In this document: piece by piece, positions 1 to 10,341 of the stretch
Position numbering within the stretch: the first letter of the stretch is position 1
How the letters are laid out: every line of letters starts with the position of its first letter
NCBI GenBank assembly: GCA_963716725.1
Contig: CAVQUB010000005.1
Coordinates: 320,001 to 384,000, forward strand
Direction: 5' to 3'
From: an uncultured delta proteobacterium
GTDB lineage: Bacteria; Myxococcota_A; Polyangia; Polyangiales; Polyangiaceae
Length of the DNA: 64,000 nucleotides
The notes under the pieces: model-generated
Seen by the model: only the letters and a program-made list of their open reading frames with translations
Told to the model about the DNA's origin: nothing
Database searches by the model: none
Translations under genes and position numbers: made by a program

Positions 1-1274
1 CCTCGAGATTCGAGCCCTGCAGGACCCGCTCGACGACGCGTCCTCGAAGCCACACGACCTGCGCGAGCCAGGGGGCGAGCTCGTGCGGGGGCGGCTCACT
101 CTTCTTCCAAACTCGAACCAAGGGGCTCGAGACCACCGCTGCCACCGAAATGCGCCCGCCGCCTGCCGTGTCGAGCAGCGGCAGGTCGAGCAGCGCGCGG
201 ACTTCGGGGTCTGGTTCACCACCCGCCCGGAGAGTTTCGACGCAGCTGCACAAAGCAGCGCCCAGGGCGTCGAGCCACGCCCGCGGATCGTCCAGCAGAA
301 CTTCGACCCCGTCGGGGTGAGGCGCGCCGGAGGCGCGGGCCACGAGCGCCGCGAGCGCCTTGCGAAATGCGCTCTCGGCGGCTGGCCAGAGTTCACGGGC
401 CAGCGGTGTGTCTTCGCGCAGCGCGGAGCGCGAAGCGTTGGTCGGGAGCTCGTCCACGTCGACCACGACTCGAGCGGACACTGCCGTGTCAGAGGTCGGT
501 GAGAGGCCGTTCAAGGGCACCCAATCGAGGGACAGCAGGAGCACGCCGCGCTCCATCAACTCGACGCGAGCCGGTCCCCCTGCCGCGCCAATCTCGACGG
601 CAGCACGGCGGGCGCCGGGCAGGGTGAATGGAACTCGCAGGAGCGTCGGCAAGGGGAGCGGACGCACCACCGCAACGCCTGCGCAGAAGAGCGCGAGGGG
701 CGCCTCCCGAGTGTTCTCGAATCAGCAGCCTGACCTCTGGCGGAACGTCCCTCGACACCACGCTCCGCAACACTCCCAGTCCAAGCTTTCGCCGAACGTG
801 GATCTGGGTGCCCTGGGCGAAGGCCCCGTCCGGGATGGAGCACGAGACCGCGCGGAGCGGCGGGGACGACTCGCTCTCGTCGGCGATGGCCTCCGATGTG
901 AAGCGGACCGCGATGCCGGCTGATCCGTGGGTCGAGGTCACCGCGACGAAGCTCACGCCCAGGCCCAGCGCGGCGTTCACGCCCAGAGCCAGACAGCGCA
1001 GCGGCGCCGCGTGCTCGTCTTCGGCGTCGCTCAGTGCGAAGTCGAGCAAGCAGGCCAGGCGTTCTGCCGAGAGACTTGGTCCGTCGAAGGCGAAGCGAAT
1101 GTCGTCTGCGTCCCAGGTCAGGTTCATCGCGGTCGCCCCCAGCGCCACCGCGGCTCGAGCGAGCTCGAGGGGATAGGTCCGGAGATCGACCAACAGGTGT
1201 TCACGCAGCTTCGCGCGGGCGCGCCGAGCATCGACGCGGATCGAACCCCGGAGCACGATCTTGCGTTCGCTCAC
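1..1274 (-). CDS. HSP90/GHKL-fold protein with degenerate ATP-binding motifs; runs off the left edge; one +1 frameshift near 720
   Basis: GTG start at 1274 overlaps the upstream stop (GTGA). N-terminus YPLELARAAVALGAT parallels the GHKL N-box. Removing one T near 720 (attcgag to atcgag) continues the frame as ENTREAPLALF...VVVDVDELPTNASRSALRED, an HtpG-like middle-domain motif. Confidence 0.6.
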
Positions 1275-2968
1275 GATCCGCCCTCGGCGTAGTCCCTCAG
1301 CAACGCGTCGTTGACTCCAGACCCGAGCGGGCCGCGACGTTCGAGCAGCAGCATGCGAGCCAGCAGCTGTGCCGCGGCGCGAGGGTGCCGTCGCGCGCCC
1401 TCGCACGCGGCCCAGACTCCCGCGGAGCGACCGTCGAGCAGCAGCACCGCGCCCTCGCCCCAGCGCGACGCAGCGTGCGCCGCAGCCTCGAGGGAGACGA
1501 TGCCCCGAATCGGCGCCCGAGCGAGCACCAGGTGGTGGGGGAGAGCGCCCTGGACGCGTGCGAAGGTGACGCGCTCGACCTTCGTACCGGCCACGGCGAT
1601 GCAGCGCTGCACCTCGGCCACGAGCGCCAAACCCAGGCCCGAGACCTCGCCGGGCAGCGCCTCTTCGACCAGGTAGTGACGCTCGTAAGCGGCCTCGACG
1701 CCGCCTTTGGGGTGGAGCTCTGCGACTCGGTGCACGACGTCCGCGTGGGGACAGAGCACCACGGGTCGTCCTTGGGCTGCAAAGGCGTCGGTGAGCTGGC
1801 TCTGCTCCGTCGACGTGAGGATCGGCGCGCGCCGCGGGGTCCGTTTCGCGACGTCCGCGTGTGTCATCGCGCATTGCCCTTTGACCGCGCTCGCCAGCGG
1901 AAGCCAGACGCGATCGGCGCCGAGGCGGCACGGCTCGTGCGCAGCCGCGACCAAGAGCGCCAGGTAGTGAGCAAACGCGCCACCCGTGGCTACTTCTTGG
2001 GCCGCGACGCGCAGCGCTTCGGCCACGGCGGCCGGGAGCGCACGCCGCGCGAGCGCGCCTGCTCGAGCCAGCAAGTCGTCGAAGGCCGCTTCGCGCCGGA
2101 CGTTGTCGCGAGACAGGGTGTGTTTCAGTGCCGAACTCGAGATTTTTACGCGCAAACCCGCCAGGCCGGGGAACGCCTCGCTACTCGTCTCGTAGAGCGT
2201 GAGCCCCCGATTATAGAAGCCGACGAAGGCAGTCGCATTTTCGTAAGGCAGATCGTGAGGCGGCAAGTGCTCCGCGCCGATCCCGGCACCGAGCACGATG
2301 CTGCCTTCGCCGTCGACGTCCGTGACGCTCACCGCTGCGTGAACTTGGAGCGGTCGATCGAGCCTTTCGCGGGATGAGCCTCGCGGGTTGGCGTAGTCGG
2401 TCACCGAGAGCCAGATCGGCACTCGAGCGTGCCGGCACCAGCGCAGGAGGCTGTCCCTGACGAGCGCCGCGTGTGTGTCGAAGTCGCTCGATTCCATCGC
2501 GTGCGTCAGCGTCACGCTCGATCCCGAGAGCGGACGGGGCGGGATCTCCTCGACCACGTAGGAGTGGTCGGGCTTGATCGTCGCGCGCCACGCTCCGCCG
2601 TCGCGCCAAGTGTCGACGATCACGGTCTCGGGCGAGAGGGCCAAGACCGAGACAAAGCCGACGCCGTACTTGCCGATCTTGGTCGAGTCGCCCTCTTTGG
2701 ACGACGAGAACAGCGTCAGGAGCGCGCTCTCGATGATCTGCGGCGTCATGCCGACGCCGCTGTCCGTCACTCGGGTCCGCGTCTCACCGCTGGCCTCTCG
2801 GATGACGTCCACCTCGACGCTTGTGGTGCCCGCGTCCATGCTGTTTTGCACCAGCTCGCGCAAGAACGCGTAGGGGTCCGCAAACTGACGGACCATGTCG
2901 GAGACCAGCCCAGGCTTCCCGGGCTCCGGCGACGTGGTCCGGTCTTTCCCGGCGCGGTACGGGCTCAC
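1271..2968 (-). CDS. HSP90-like GHKL ATPase (HATPase_c family)
   Basis: N-box DPYAFLRELVQNSMDAG, G1 VTDSGVGMT, G2 IGKYGVGFVSVL and a middle-domain LKHTLSRDNV motif. Confidence 0.85.
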   Translation of the reverse strand: MSPYRAGKDRTTSPEPGKPGLVSDMVRQFADPYAFLRELVQNSMDAGTTSVEVDVIREASGETRTRVTDSGVGMTPQIIESALLTLFSSSKEGDSTKIGKYGVGFVSVLALSPETVIVDTWRDGGAWRATIKPDHSYVVEEIPPRPLSGSSVTLTHAMESSDFDTHAALVRDSLLRWCRHARVPIWLSVTDYANPRGSSRERLDRPLQVHAAVSVTDVDGEGSIVLGAGIGAEHLPPHDLPYENATAFVGFYNRGLTLYETSSEAFPGLAGLRVKISSSALKHTLSRDNVRREAAFDDLLARAGALARRALPAAVAEALRVAAQEVATGGAFAHYLALLVAAAHEPCRLGADRVWLPLASAVKGQCAMTHADVAKRTPRRAPILTSTEQSQLTDAFAAQGRPVVLCPHADVVHRVAELHPKGGVEAAYERHYLVEEALPGEVSGLGLALVAEVQRCIAVAGTKVERVTFARVQGALPHHLVLARAPIRGIVSLEAAAHAASRWGEGAVLLLDGRSAGVWAACEGARRHPRAAAQLLARMLLLERRGPLGSGVNDALLRDYAEGGS

Positions 2969-3133
2969 CTGGCCTTGTTAGGGTCGTTTCTGCCCAGATG
3001 GAATGGTCAGGTTCACCTGAGGCACGGCGATCTGTAAGCTCCCGCCCGCGGCGGGCGTTCTCGATGGCACCGCCAATTCTTCGAATCCTTTTTGTCTCTG
3101 ATGCGTCTCTTCGGTCGCATCACCAGGGAAACC

Positions 3134-4612
3134 ATGAACCACGGAACATATGTGCCGGCGTGGCGCGCGGTCGCGATCGCGGCGGCCCTCGCGCTCCCGG
3201 CCTGCGGCGGTAAACCCCCCGAATTGGCCAAGTCAGGCGAGTTCGCCGGGCCATCGAAGGCGGCTTCATCGAGCGCGAAACAGCGCGAGAAGGTGGCGAT
3301 CACGGTCTACAACCAGAACTTCGGCCTGGTGCGGGAGATCCGGAAGCTCGAGCTCGGCGAAGGCAAGGTGAGCCTCGAGTACCGAGACGTGTCCGCTCAC
3401 ATCCAACCCGAGACGGTGCACATCAAATCGCTCAGCGGGGACGACGCGCTGACGGTGATGGAGCAGAACTATCGCTACGATCTGCTCAACCCCCAGAAGC
3501 TGCTCGAGAAGTACGTCGACAAGAAGATCAAGGTCTACCGTTACAACGAGAAGCTCGGCCGCGAGGAGATGAAGGAGGCCAAGGTGCTGGCGGTGGAGCA
3601 AGGCACGGTGCTCGAGATCGACGGCGAGGTGACCTACGACGTCCCGGGTCGCTTCGCGTTCCCCGAGGTGCCAGCGAATCTCATCGCGAAGCCGTCGCTG
3701 GTCTGGCTCTTGGGCAGCCGGAAGACCCAGCAACGGGTCGAGGTCAGCTACCTGACCCAGAACCTGAACTGGGTGGCGGACTACGTGATGGTGGTCGGCG
3801 ACGACGACAAGGTCGGCGATCTGAATGGCTGGGTGACGCTGACCAACCAGAGCGGCACCGACTACGAGGACGCGCAGCTGAAGCTGGTGGCCGGCGACGT
3901 GCAGCGCGTGCAGCCGGAATCGACTCCCACCATGGACTACGCCGCTCAGGCAGAGGCTCCCGCGGCCCCGCGCGAGCAGTTCAAGGAAGAGGGCTTCTTC
4001 GAGTACCACCTGTACACGCTGGAGCGTTCGACCACGCTGCTCGACAAGGAGCAGAAGCAGGTGACCCTGCTCGAGGCCCACGACATCGGCATCAAGAAGA
4101 AGCTGATCTTCTGGGGCGCGAGCCACTACTACCGGGGCAACTACGGTCAGGTCGTGTCCAACCAGAAGGTCGGCGTGTACCTGGACATCAAGAACAGCAA
4201 GGACAACCGCCTGGGCATGGCCCTGCCGAAGGGCACGGTCCGGGTCTACAAGGCCGACAAGAGCGGGGCCAAGCAGTTCATCGGTGAAGATCGCATCGAC
4301 CACACGCCGCGGGACGAAGAGATCCGGATCAAGATGGGCGAGGCCTTCGACGTGGTCGGGGACCGGAAGCAGATGGAGTGGAACGCCATCGGCAGCTGTG
4401 TGTCCGAGAGTTCGTGGGAGATCGAGCTCCGCAACCACAAAGACGTGGCGGAGCGCGTGGAGGTCTTCGAACCCATCGGTGGCGATTGGTCGATGCTGCA
4501 GTCGAGCCATAAACACACCAAGAAAGACGCAAACACCTTCACCTTCGACGTCGAGGTGCCGTCGCGGGGCAAGACCAAGGTCACTTATCGGGTTCGGGTG
4601 AGGTGGTGCTGA
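3134..4612 (+). CDS. DUF4139-family protein, type A copy 1 (predicted lipoprotein)
   Basis: ATG 3134 after agggaa; signal peptide ending ALPAC; motifs ITVYNQNFGLVRE, EQNYRYDLL, YLTQNLNW.ADY, FFEYHLY, LPKG.VRVY, FIGED.IDHTP; ends VRVRWC. Confidence 0.85.
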   Translation: MNHGTYVPAWRAVAIAAALALPACGGKPPELAKSGEFAGPSKAASSSAKQREKVAITVYNQNFGLVREIRKLELGEGKVSLEYRDVSAHIQPETVHIKSLSGDDALTVMEQNYRYDLLNPQKLLEKYVDKKIKVYRYNEKLGREEMKEAKVLAVEQGTVLEIDGEVTYDVPGRFAFPEVPANLIAKPSLVWLLGSRKTQQRVEVSYLTQNLNWVADYVMVVGDDDKVGDLNGWVTLTNQSGTDYEDAQLKLVAGDVQRVQPESTPTMDYAAQAEAPAAPREQFKEEGFFEYHLYTLERSTTLLDKEQKQVTLLEAHDIGIKKKLIFWGASHYYRGNYGQVVSNQKVGVYLDIKNSKDNRLGMALPKGTVRVYKADKSGAKQFIGEDRIDHTPRDEEIRIKMGEAFDVVGDRKQMEWNAIGSCVSESSWEIELRNHKDVAERVEVFEPIGGDWSMLQSSHKHTKKDANTFTFDVEVPSRGKTKVTYRVRVRWC

Positions 4613-4614
4613 GC

Positions 4615-6033
4615 ATGAAGCGAGTCGCGTGGGTTCTGGTGCTGGCGGCGGCGGCGCCCAGCGCACTGGCGGCGCCGAAGAAGGTGTCCGGCGGCGAGCA
4701 GCGCCAAGAGGTGAGCATCACGGTCTACAACCAGAACTTCGGTCTGGTGCGCGAGGTGCGCGAGATCGAGGTGGGTACCGGCACCGTGGATCTCGAGTTC
4801 CGGGACGTGGCGGCGCAGATCCAACCGCAGACGGTGTCGATCAAGTCGCTGTCGGGCGCGAACTCGCTGTCGGTGCTCGAACAGAACTACCGCTACGATC
4901 TGCTCACGCCGCAGAAGCTCCTGGAGAAGCACGTCGGCAAGAAGGTGCGGGTCTGGCGCTGGAACGAGAAGCTCGGCAAAGACCAGCCCTTCGACGCCGA
5001 GGTCCTGAGCGTGGCTGGGGGCCAGACGGTGATGAAGATCGGCGGCGAGGTCACCTACAATTTCCCCGGGCGCATTGCCTTCCAGAGCGTGCCGGAGAAC
5101 CTGATGAGCAAGCCCACCCTGGTGTGGAAGCTCGAGAGCAAGCTGGCCAAGCAGAAGGTGGAGGCGACCTACCTGACCCAGAGCCTGAACTGGCGCAGCG
5201 ACTACGTGTTCGTGATCAACGACGCCGACAGCGCCGGGGATCTGACCGGCTGGGTCACGCTGATCAACAATTCGGGAGCCTCCTACAAGAACGCAAGGCT
5301 GAAGCTGGTCGCGGGCGACGTGCAGCGCGTGTCCGACGGAGACGACCACCGTCGACCCATGGGTGGCGCCGGGCGCATGTCCGCCAATCGCGAACGGCAG
5401 TTCTCCGAAGAGAGCTTCTTCGAGTACCACCTGTACACGCTGAGCCAACCGACGGACGTGCTCGAGAACGAGCAGAAGCAGGTCACGCTGCTCGAGGCCA
5501 AGGGCGCCAAGGTGCAGAAGAAGCTGATCTACTTCGGGCAGCAGTACTGGTACCGCAGCAAGTACGGCGAGGTGCAGAAGAACCAGAAGGTCGGCGTGTA
5601 CCTGGATCTGCAGAACAGCAAAGACAACGGCCTGGGCATGCCCCTGCCCAAGGGCATGGTGCGGGTCTACAAGGCCGACAAGAGCGGCGCCAAGCAGTTC
5701 ATCGGCGAAGACCAGATCGACCACACGCCGCGCGACGAGAAGGTGCGCATCAAGATGGGCGAGGCCTTCGACGTGGTGGGCGACCGCAAGCAGATGGAAT
5801 GGCGCACGCTCGGCAGGTGCACGTCGGAGAGCAGCTGGGAGATCGAGCTCCGGAACCACAAAGACAAGGCCAGCCGGGTCGAGGTCTTCGAGCCCATCGG
5901 CGGCGACTGGACCATGGTCGAGAGCACGCACAAACACGACAAGAAGGACGCGCACACTTTCACTTTCGACGTGAACGTGCCGGCCAACGGCAAGACCAAG
6001 ATCAAATACAAGGTGAGGGTGAAGTGGTGCTGA
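4615..6033 (+). CDS. DUF4139-family protein, type B copy 1 (Sec signal, no lipobox)
   Basis: TGA-GC-ATG junction with copy A1; signal MKRVAWVLVLAAAAPSALA; same family motifs. Confidence 0.85.
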   Translation: MKRVAWVLVLAAAAPSALAAPKKVSGGEQRQEVSITVYNQNFGLVREVREIEVGTGTVDLEFRDVAAQIQPQTVSIKSLSGANSLSVLEQNYRYDLLTPQKLLEKHVGKKVRVWRWNEKLGKDQPFDAEVLSVAGGQTVMKIGGEVTYNFPGRIAFQSVPENLMSKPTLVWKLESKLAKQKVEATYLTQSLNWRSDYVFVINDADSAGDLTGWVTLINNSGASYKNARLKLVAGDVQRVSDGDDHRRPMGGAGRMSANRERQFSEESFFEYHLYTLSQPTDVLENEQKQVTLLEAKGAKVQKKLIYFGQQYWYRSKYGEVQKNQKVGVYLDLQNSKDNGLGMPLPKGMVRVYKADKSGAKQFIGEDQIDHTPRDEKVRIKMGEAFDVVGDRKQMEWRTLGRCTSESSWEIELRNHKDKASRVEVFEPIGGDWTMVESTHKHDKKDAHTFTFDVNVPANGKTKIKYKVRVKWC

Positions 6034-6035
6034 GC

Positions 6036-7454
6036 ATGAGGCGAGTCGCGTGGGTGTTGGTGCTGGCGGCGGGGGCGCCGAGCGCGCTGGCGGCACCGAA
6101 GAAGGTGTCCGGCGGCGAGCAGCGCCAAGAGGTGAGCATCACGGTCTACAACCAGAACTTCGGCCTGGTGCGCGAGGTGCGCGAGATCGAGGTGGGCACC
6201 GGCACGGTGGACCTCGAGTTCAGGGACGTGGCGGCGCAGATCCAGCCGCAGACGGTGTCGATCAAGTCGCTGTCCGGGGCGAACGCGCTGTCGGTGCTCG
6301 AGCAGAACTACCGCTACGATCTGCTCACGCCGCAGAAGCTCCTGGAGAAGCACGTCGGCAAGAAGGTGCGGGTCTGGCGCTACAACGAGAAGCTTGGCAA
6401 GGACGAGCCCTTCGACGCGGAGATCCTGAGCGTGGCCGATGGCCAGCCCGTGATGAAGATAAACGGCGAAGTCACCTACAACTTTCCCGGCCGCATCGCG
6501 TTTCCGAGCGTGCCCGAAAACCTGATGAGCAAGCCCACCCTGGTGTGGAAGCTCGACAGCAAGCTGGCCAAGCAGAAGGTCGAGGCGACCTACCTGACCC
6601 AGAGCCTGAACTGGCGCAGCGACTACGTGTTCGTGATCAATGACGCCGACAGCGCCGGGGATCTGACCGGCTGGGTCACGCTGGTGAACAACTCGGGGGC
6701 CTCGTACAAGAACGCCCGCCTCAAGCTGGTCGCCGGCGACGTGCAGCGCGTGAGCCCCCGCGACGAAATGGACGACGAGCGCAGCTACAAGAAGTCAGCC
6801 GAGTCCAGCGGTGCCCGTCGCTTCGCCGAAGAGAGCTTCTTCGAGTACCACCTGTACACGCTGAGCCAACCCACCGACGTGCTCGAGAACGAGCAGAAGC
6901 AGGTGACGCTGCTGGAAGCCAAGAACGCCAAGGTGCAGAAGAAGCTGATCTACTTCGGGCAGCAGTACTGGTACCGCGGCCGGCATGGCGAGGTGCAGAA
7001 GAACCAGAAGGTCGGCGTGTACCTGGACGTCCAGAATACCAAGGCCAACGGCCTGGGCATCCCGCTGCCCAAGGGCACGGTGCGAGTCTACAAAGCCGAC
7101 AAGAGCGGGGCCAAGCAGTTCATCGGCGAGGACAACATCGACCACACGCCGCGGGACGAGAAGGTGCGCATCAAGATGGGCGAGGCCTTCGACGTGGTCG
7201 GCGACAGGAAGCAGATGGAGTGGCGCACGCTCGGCACCTGCAGCTCGGAGAGCACCTGGGAGATCGAGCTCCGGAACCACAAGGACCAAGCCAGTCGGGT
7301 CGAGATCTTCGAGCCCATCGGCGGTGACTGGACCATGGTGGAGAGCACGCACAAACACGACAAGAAGGACGCGCACACCTTCACCTTCGACGTGAACGTG
7401 CCGGCCAACGGCAAGACCAAGATCAAGTACAAGGTGAGGGTGAAGTGGTGCTGA
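6036..7454 (+). CDS. DUF4139-family protein, type B copy 2
   Basis: TGA-GC-ATG junction; this is the C-terminal half of ORF 4629..7454; nearly identical to B1 except for the variable segment. Confidence 0.85.
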   Translation: MRRVAWVLVLAAGAPSALAAPKKVSGGEQRQEVSITVYNQNFGLVREVREIEVGTGTVDLEFRDVAAQIQPQTVSIKSLSGANALSVLEQNYRYDLLTPQKLLEKHVGKKVRVWRYNEKLGKDEPFDAEILSVADGQPVMKINGEVTYNFPGRIAFPSVPENLMSKPTLVWKLDSKLAKQKVEATYLTQSLNWRSDYVFVINDADSAGDLTGWVTLVNNSGASYKNARLKLVAGDVQRVSPRDEMDDERSYKKSAESSGARRFAEESFFEYHLYTLSQPTDVLENEQKQVTLLEAKNAKVQKKLIYFGQQYWYRGRHGEVQKNQKVGVYLDVQNTKANGLGIPLPKGTVRVYKADKSGAKQFIGEDNIDHTPRDEKVRIKMGEAFDVVGDRKQMEWRTLGTCSSESTWEIELRNHKDQASRVEIFEPIGGDWTMVESTHKHDKKDAHTFTFDVNVPANGKTKIKYKVRVKWC

Positions 7455-7459
7455 ATCGA

Positions 7460-8912
7460 ATGTCGAAGACCTTGGCCTTGGCCTCGCTCCTGGCGGCTAC
7501 GGCCTGCGGAGGCAAAGCGCCAGAGCTGGCCAAGGGCGGCGAGTTTGCGGGGGCTTCGAAGGCGGCGACGTCGAGCGCGAAGCAACGCGAGAAGGTGGCG
7601 ATCACTGTCTACAACCAAAACTTCGGTCTGGTACGCGAGATCCGAAAGCTCGAGCTCGGCGAAGGCAAGGTGAGCCTCGAGTACCGAGACGTGTCCGCGC
7701 ACATCCAACCCGAGACCGTGCACATCAAGTCGCTGGATGGCGACGATGTCTTGACGGTGATGGAGCAGAATTACCGCTACGACTTGCTCAGCCCGCAGAA
7801 GCTGCTCGAGAAGTACGTGGACAAGAAGATCAAGGTCTACCGCTACAACGAGAAGCTCGGCCGCGAGGAGATGAAAGAGGCCAAGGTGCTGGCCGTGGAG
7901 CAGGGCACGGTGCTCGAGATCGACGGCGAGGTGACCTACGGAGTCCCGGGTCGCCTCGCGTTCCCCGAGGTGCCCGCGAATCTCATCGCGAAACCGTCGC
8001 TGGTGTGGCTACTCGGTAGCCGCAAGGCCCAGCAGCGCGTCGAGATCAGCTACCTGACGCAGAACCTGAACTGGGTGGCGGACTACGTGATGGTGGTCGG
8101 CGACGACGACAAGGTCGGCGATCTGACCGGCTGGGTGACGCTGACCAACCAGAGCGGCACCGACTACGAGCAGGCGCAGCTGAAGCTGGTGGCCGGTGAC
8201 GTGCAGCGCGTTCAGCCGACCGACGTGACGACGACCCTCAGCCGCGGTCGAGGCGGCAAGTCGCGGGCCAAGGACCAGTTCAAGGAAGAAGGCTTCTTCG
8301 AGTACCACCTGTACACGCTAGAGCGCCCGACCACGCTGCTCGACAAGGAGAAGAAGCAGGTGAGCCTGCTCGAGGCTCACGGCATTGGCGTGAACAAGAA
8401 GCTGATCTTCTGGGGCGCGAACTACTACTACCGCGGCAACTACGGCCAGGTCGTGGCCAACCAGAAGGTCGGCGTCTACCTCGACATCAAGAACACCAAG
8501 CGCAACCGCCTGGGCATGGCGCTGCCGAAGGGCACCGTCCGGGTCTACAAGGCGGACAAGAGCGGAGCCAAGCAGTTCATCGGTGAGGACAACATCGACC
8601 ACACACCGCGAGACGAAGAAGATCCGCATCAAGATGGGCGAGGCCTTCGACGTGGTGGGCGACCGCAAGCAGATGGAGTGGAACGCGCTGGGCAGCTGCG
8701 TGTCCGAGAGCTCGTGGGAGATCGAGCTCCGCAACCACAAGGACGTGGCCGAGCGCGTGGAGGTCTTCGAGCCCATCGGTGGGGACTGGGAAATCGTCCA
8801 GTCGAGCCACAAGCACACCAAGAAAGACGCGCACACCTTCACCTTCGATGTCGAGGTGCCGTCGCGGGGCAAGACCAAGGTCACCTACCGGGTGCGGGTG
8901 AAGTGGTGTTGA
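7460..8912 (+). CDS. DUF4139-family protein, type A copy 2 (predicted lipoprotein); +1 frameshift near 8620
   Basis: Signal MSKTLALASLLAATAC; gaagaagatc has one extra A relative to gaagagatc in copy A1; frame resumes IRIKMGEAFDVVG...VRVKWC in ORF 8583..8912. Confidence 0.8.
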
Positions 8913-8914
8913 GC

Positions 8915-10334
8915 ATGAAGCGGGTCGCGTGCGTGTTGGCGCTGGCCGCGGCGGCGCCGAGCGCGCTGGCGGCGCCGAAGAAGGTGTCCGGGGCCGACCA
9001 GCGTCAGGAGGTGAGCATCACGGTCTACAACCAGAACTTCGGTCTGGTGCGGGAGGTGCGCGAGATCGAGGTGGGCACCGGCACGGTGGACCTCGAGTTC
9101 AGAGACGTCGCGGCGCAGATCCAGCCGCAGACGGTGTCGATCAAGTCGCTGTCGGGCGCGAACTCGCTCTCGGTGCTCGAGCAGAACTACCGCTACGATC
9201 TGCTCACGCCGCAGAAGCTGCTTGGAGAAGCACGTCGGCAAGAAGGTGCGGGTCTGGCGCTGGAACGAGAAGCTCGGCAAGGACGAGCCCTTCGACGCCG
9301 AGGTCCTGAGCGTGGCCGGGGGCCAGACGGTGATGAAGATCGGCGGCGAGGTCACCTACGACTTCCCCGGGCGCATCGCCTTCCCGAGCGTGCCCGAGAA
9401 CCTGATGAGCAAGCCCACCCTGGTGTGGAAGCTCGACAGCAAGCTGGCCAAGCAGAAGGTCGAGGCGACCTACCTGACCCAGAACCTGAACTGGCGCAGC
9501 GACTACGTGTTCGTGATCAACGACGCCGACAGCGCCGGAGATCTCACCGGCTGGGTCACGCTGGTCAACAACTCGGGCGCCTCGTACAAGAACGCCCGGC
9601 TGAAGCTGGTCGCCGGCGACGTGCAGCGAGTGAGCGCCGGCAGCGGCGAGGACTCCGACCTGGGCATGCTCCAATCGGCGCAGCCGACCACCGGCGCGCG
9701 CTTCCAAGAAGAGGGCTTCTTCGAGTACCACCTGTACACGCTGGGCCAGCCCACGGACGTGCTCGAGAACGAGCAGAAGCAGGTGACGCTGCTCGAGGCC
9801 AAGAACGCCAAGGTGCAGAAGAAGCTGATCTACTTCGGGCAGCAGTACTGGTACCGCGGCCGGTACGGCGAGGTGCAGAAGAACCAGAAGGTCGGCGTGT
9901 ACCTCGACGTCCAGAACACGAAGGCCAACGGCCTGGGCATCCCGCTGCCCAAGGGCATCGTGCGGGTCTACAAGGCCGACAAGAGCGGCGCCAAGCAGTT
10001 CATCGGCGAGGACAACATCGACCACACGCCGCGGGACGAGAAGGTGCGCATCAAGATGGGCGAGGCCTTCGACGTGGTGGGCGATCGCAAGCAGATGGAA
10101 TGGCGCACGCTCGGCGCTTGCACCTCGGAGAGCACCTGGGAGATCGAGCTCCGAAACCACAAGGACCAGGCCAGCCGGGTCGAGATCTACGAGCCCATCG
10201 GCGGCGACTGGACCATGGTCGAGAGCACGCACAAACACGACAAGAAGGACGCGCACACCTTCACCTTCGAGGTGAACGTGCCGGCCAACGGCAAGACCAA
10301 GATCAAATACAAGGTCCGCGTGAAGTGGTGCTAG
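8915..10334 (+). CDS. DUF4139-family protein, type B copy 3; +1 frameshift near 9222
   Basis: TGA-GC-ATG junction; cttggag has one extra T relative to ctggag in B1 and B2; the remainder is ORF 9222..10334. Confidence 0.8.
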
Positions 10335-10341
10335 TCGCGGG

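Larger units (their letters stand above)
3134..10334 (+). repeat. Tandem array of five ~1.42-1.48 kb paralogous genes (A-B-B-A-B)
   Basis: Long near-identical DNA blocks recur, for example near 4680, 6100 and 8980, and near 3290 and 7590. Confidence 0.95.

Noticed and set aside
3019..3080. Sigma-54 promoter for the DUF4139 array (ggcacg and tggcac present)
   Set aside because: Neither has GC at the required GG-N10-GC spacing.
3911..9701. DGR or shufflon as the source of the variable segments
   Set aside because: No reverse transcriptase, template repeat or invertase in the window; segments are not adenine-specific variants of one another and all lie in the same orientation.
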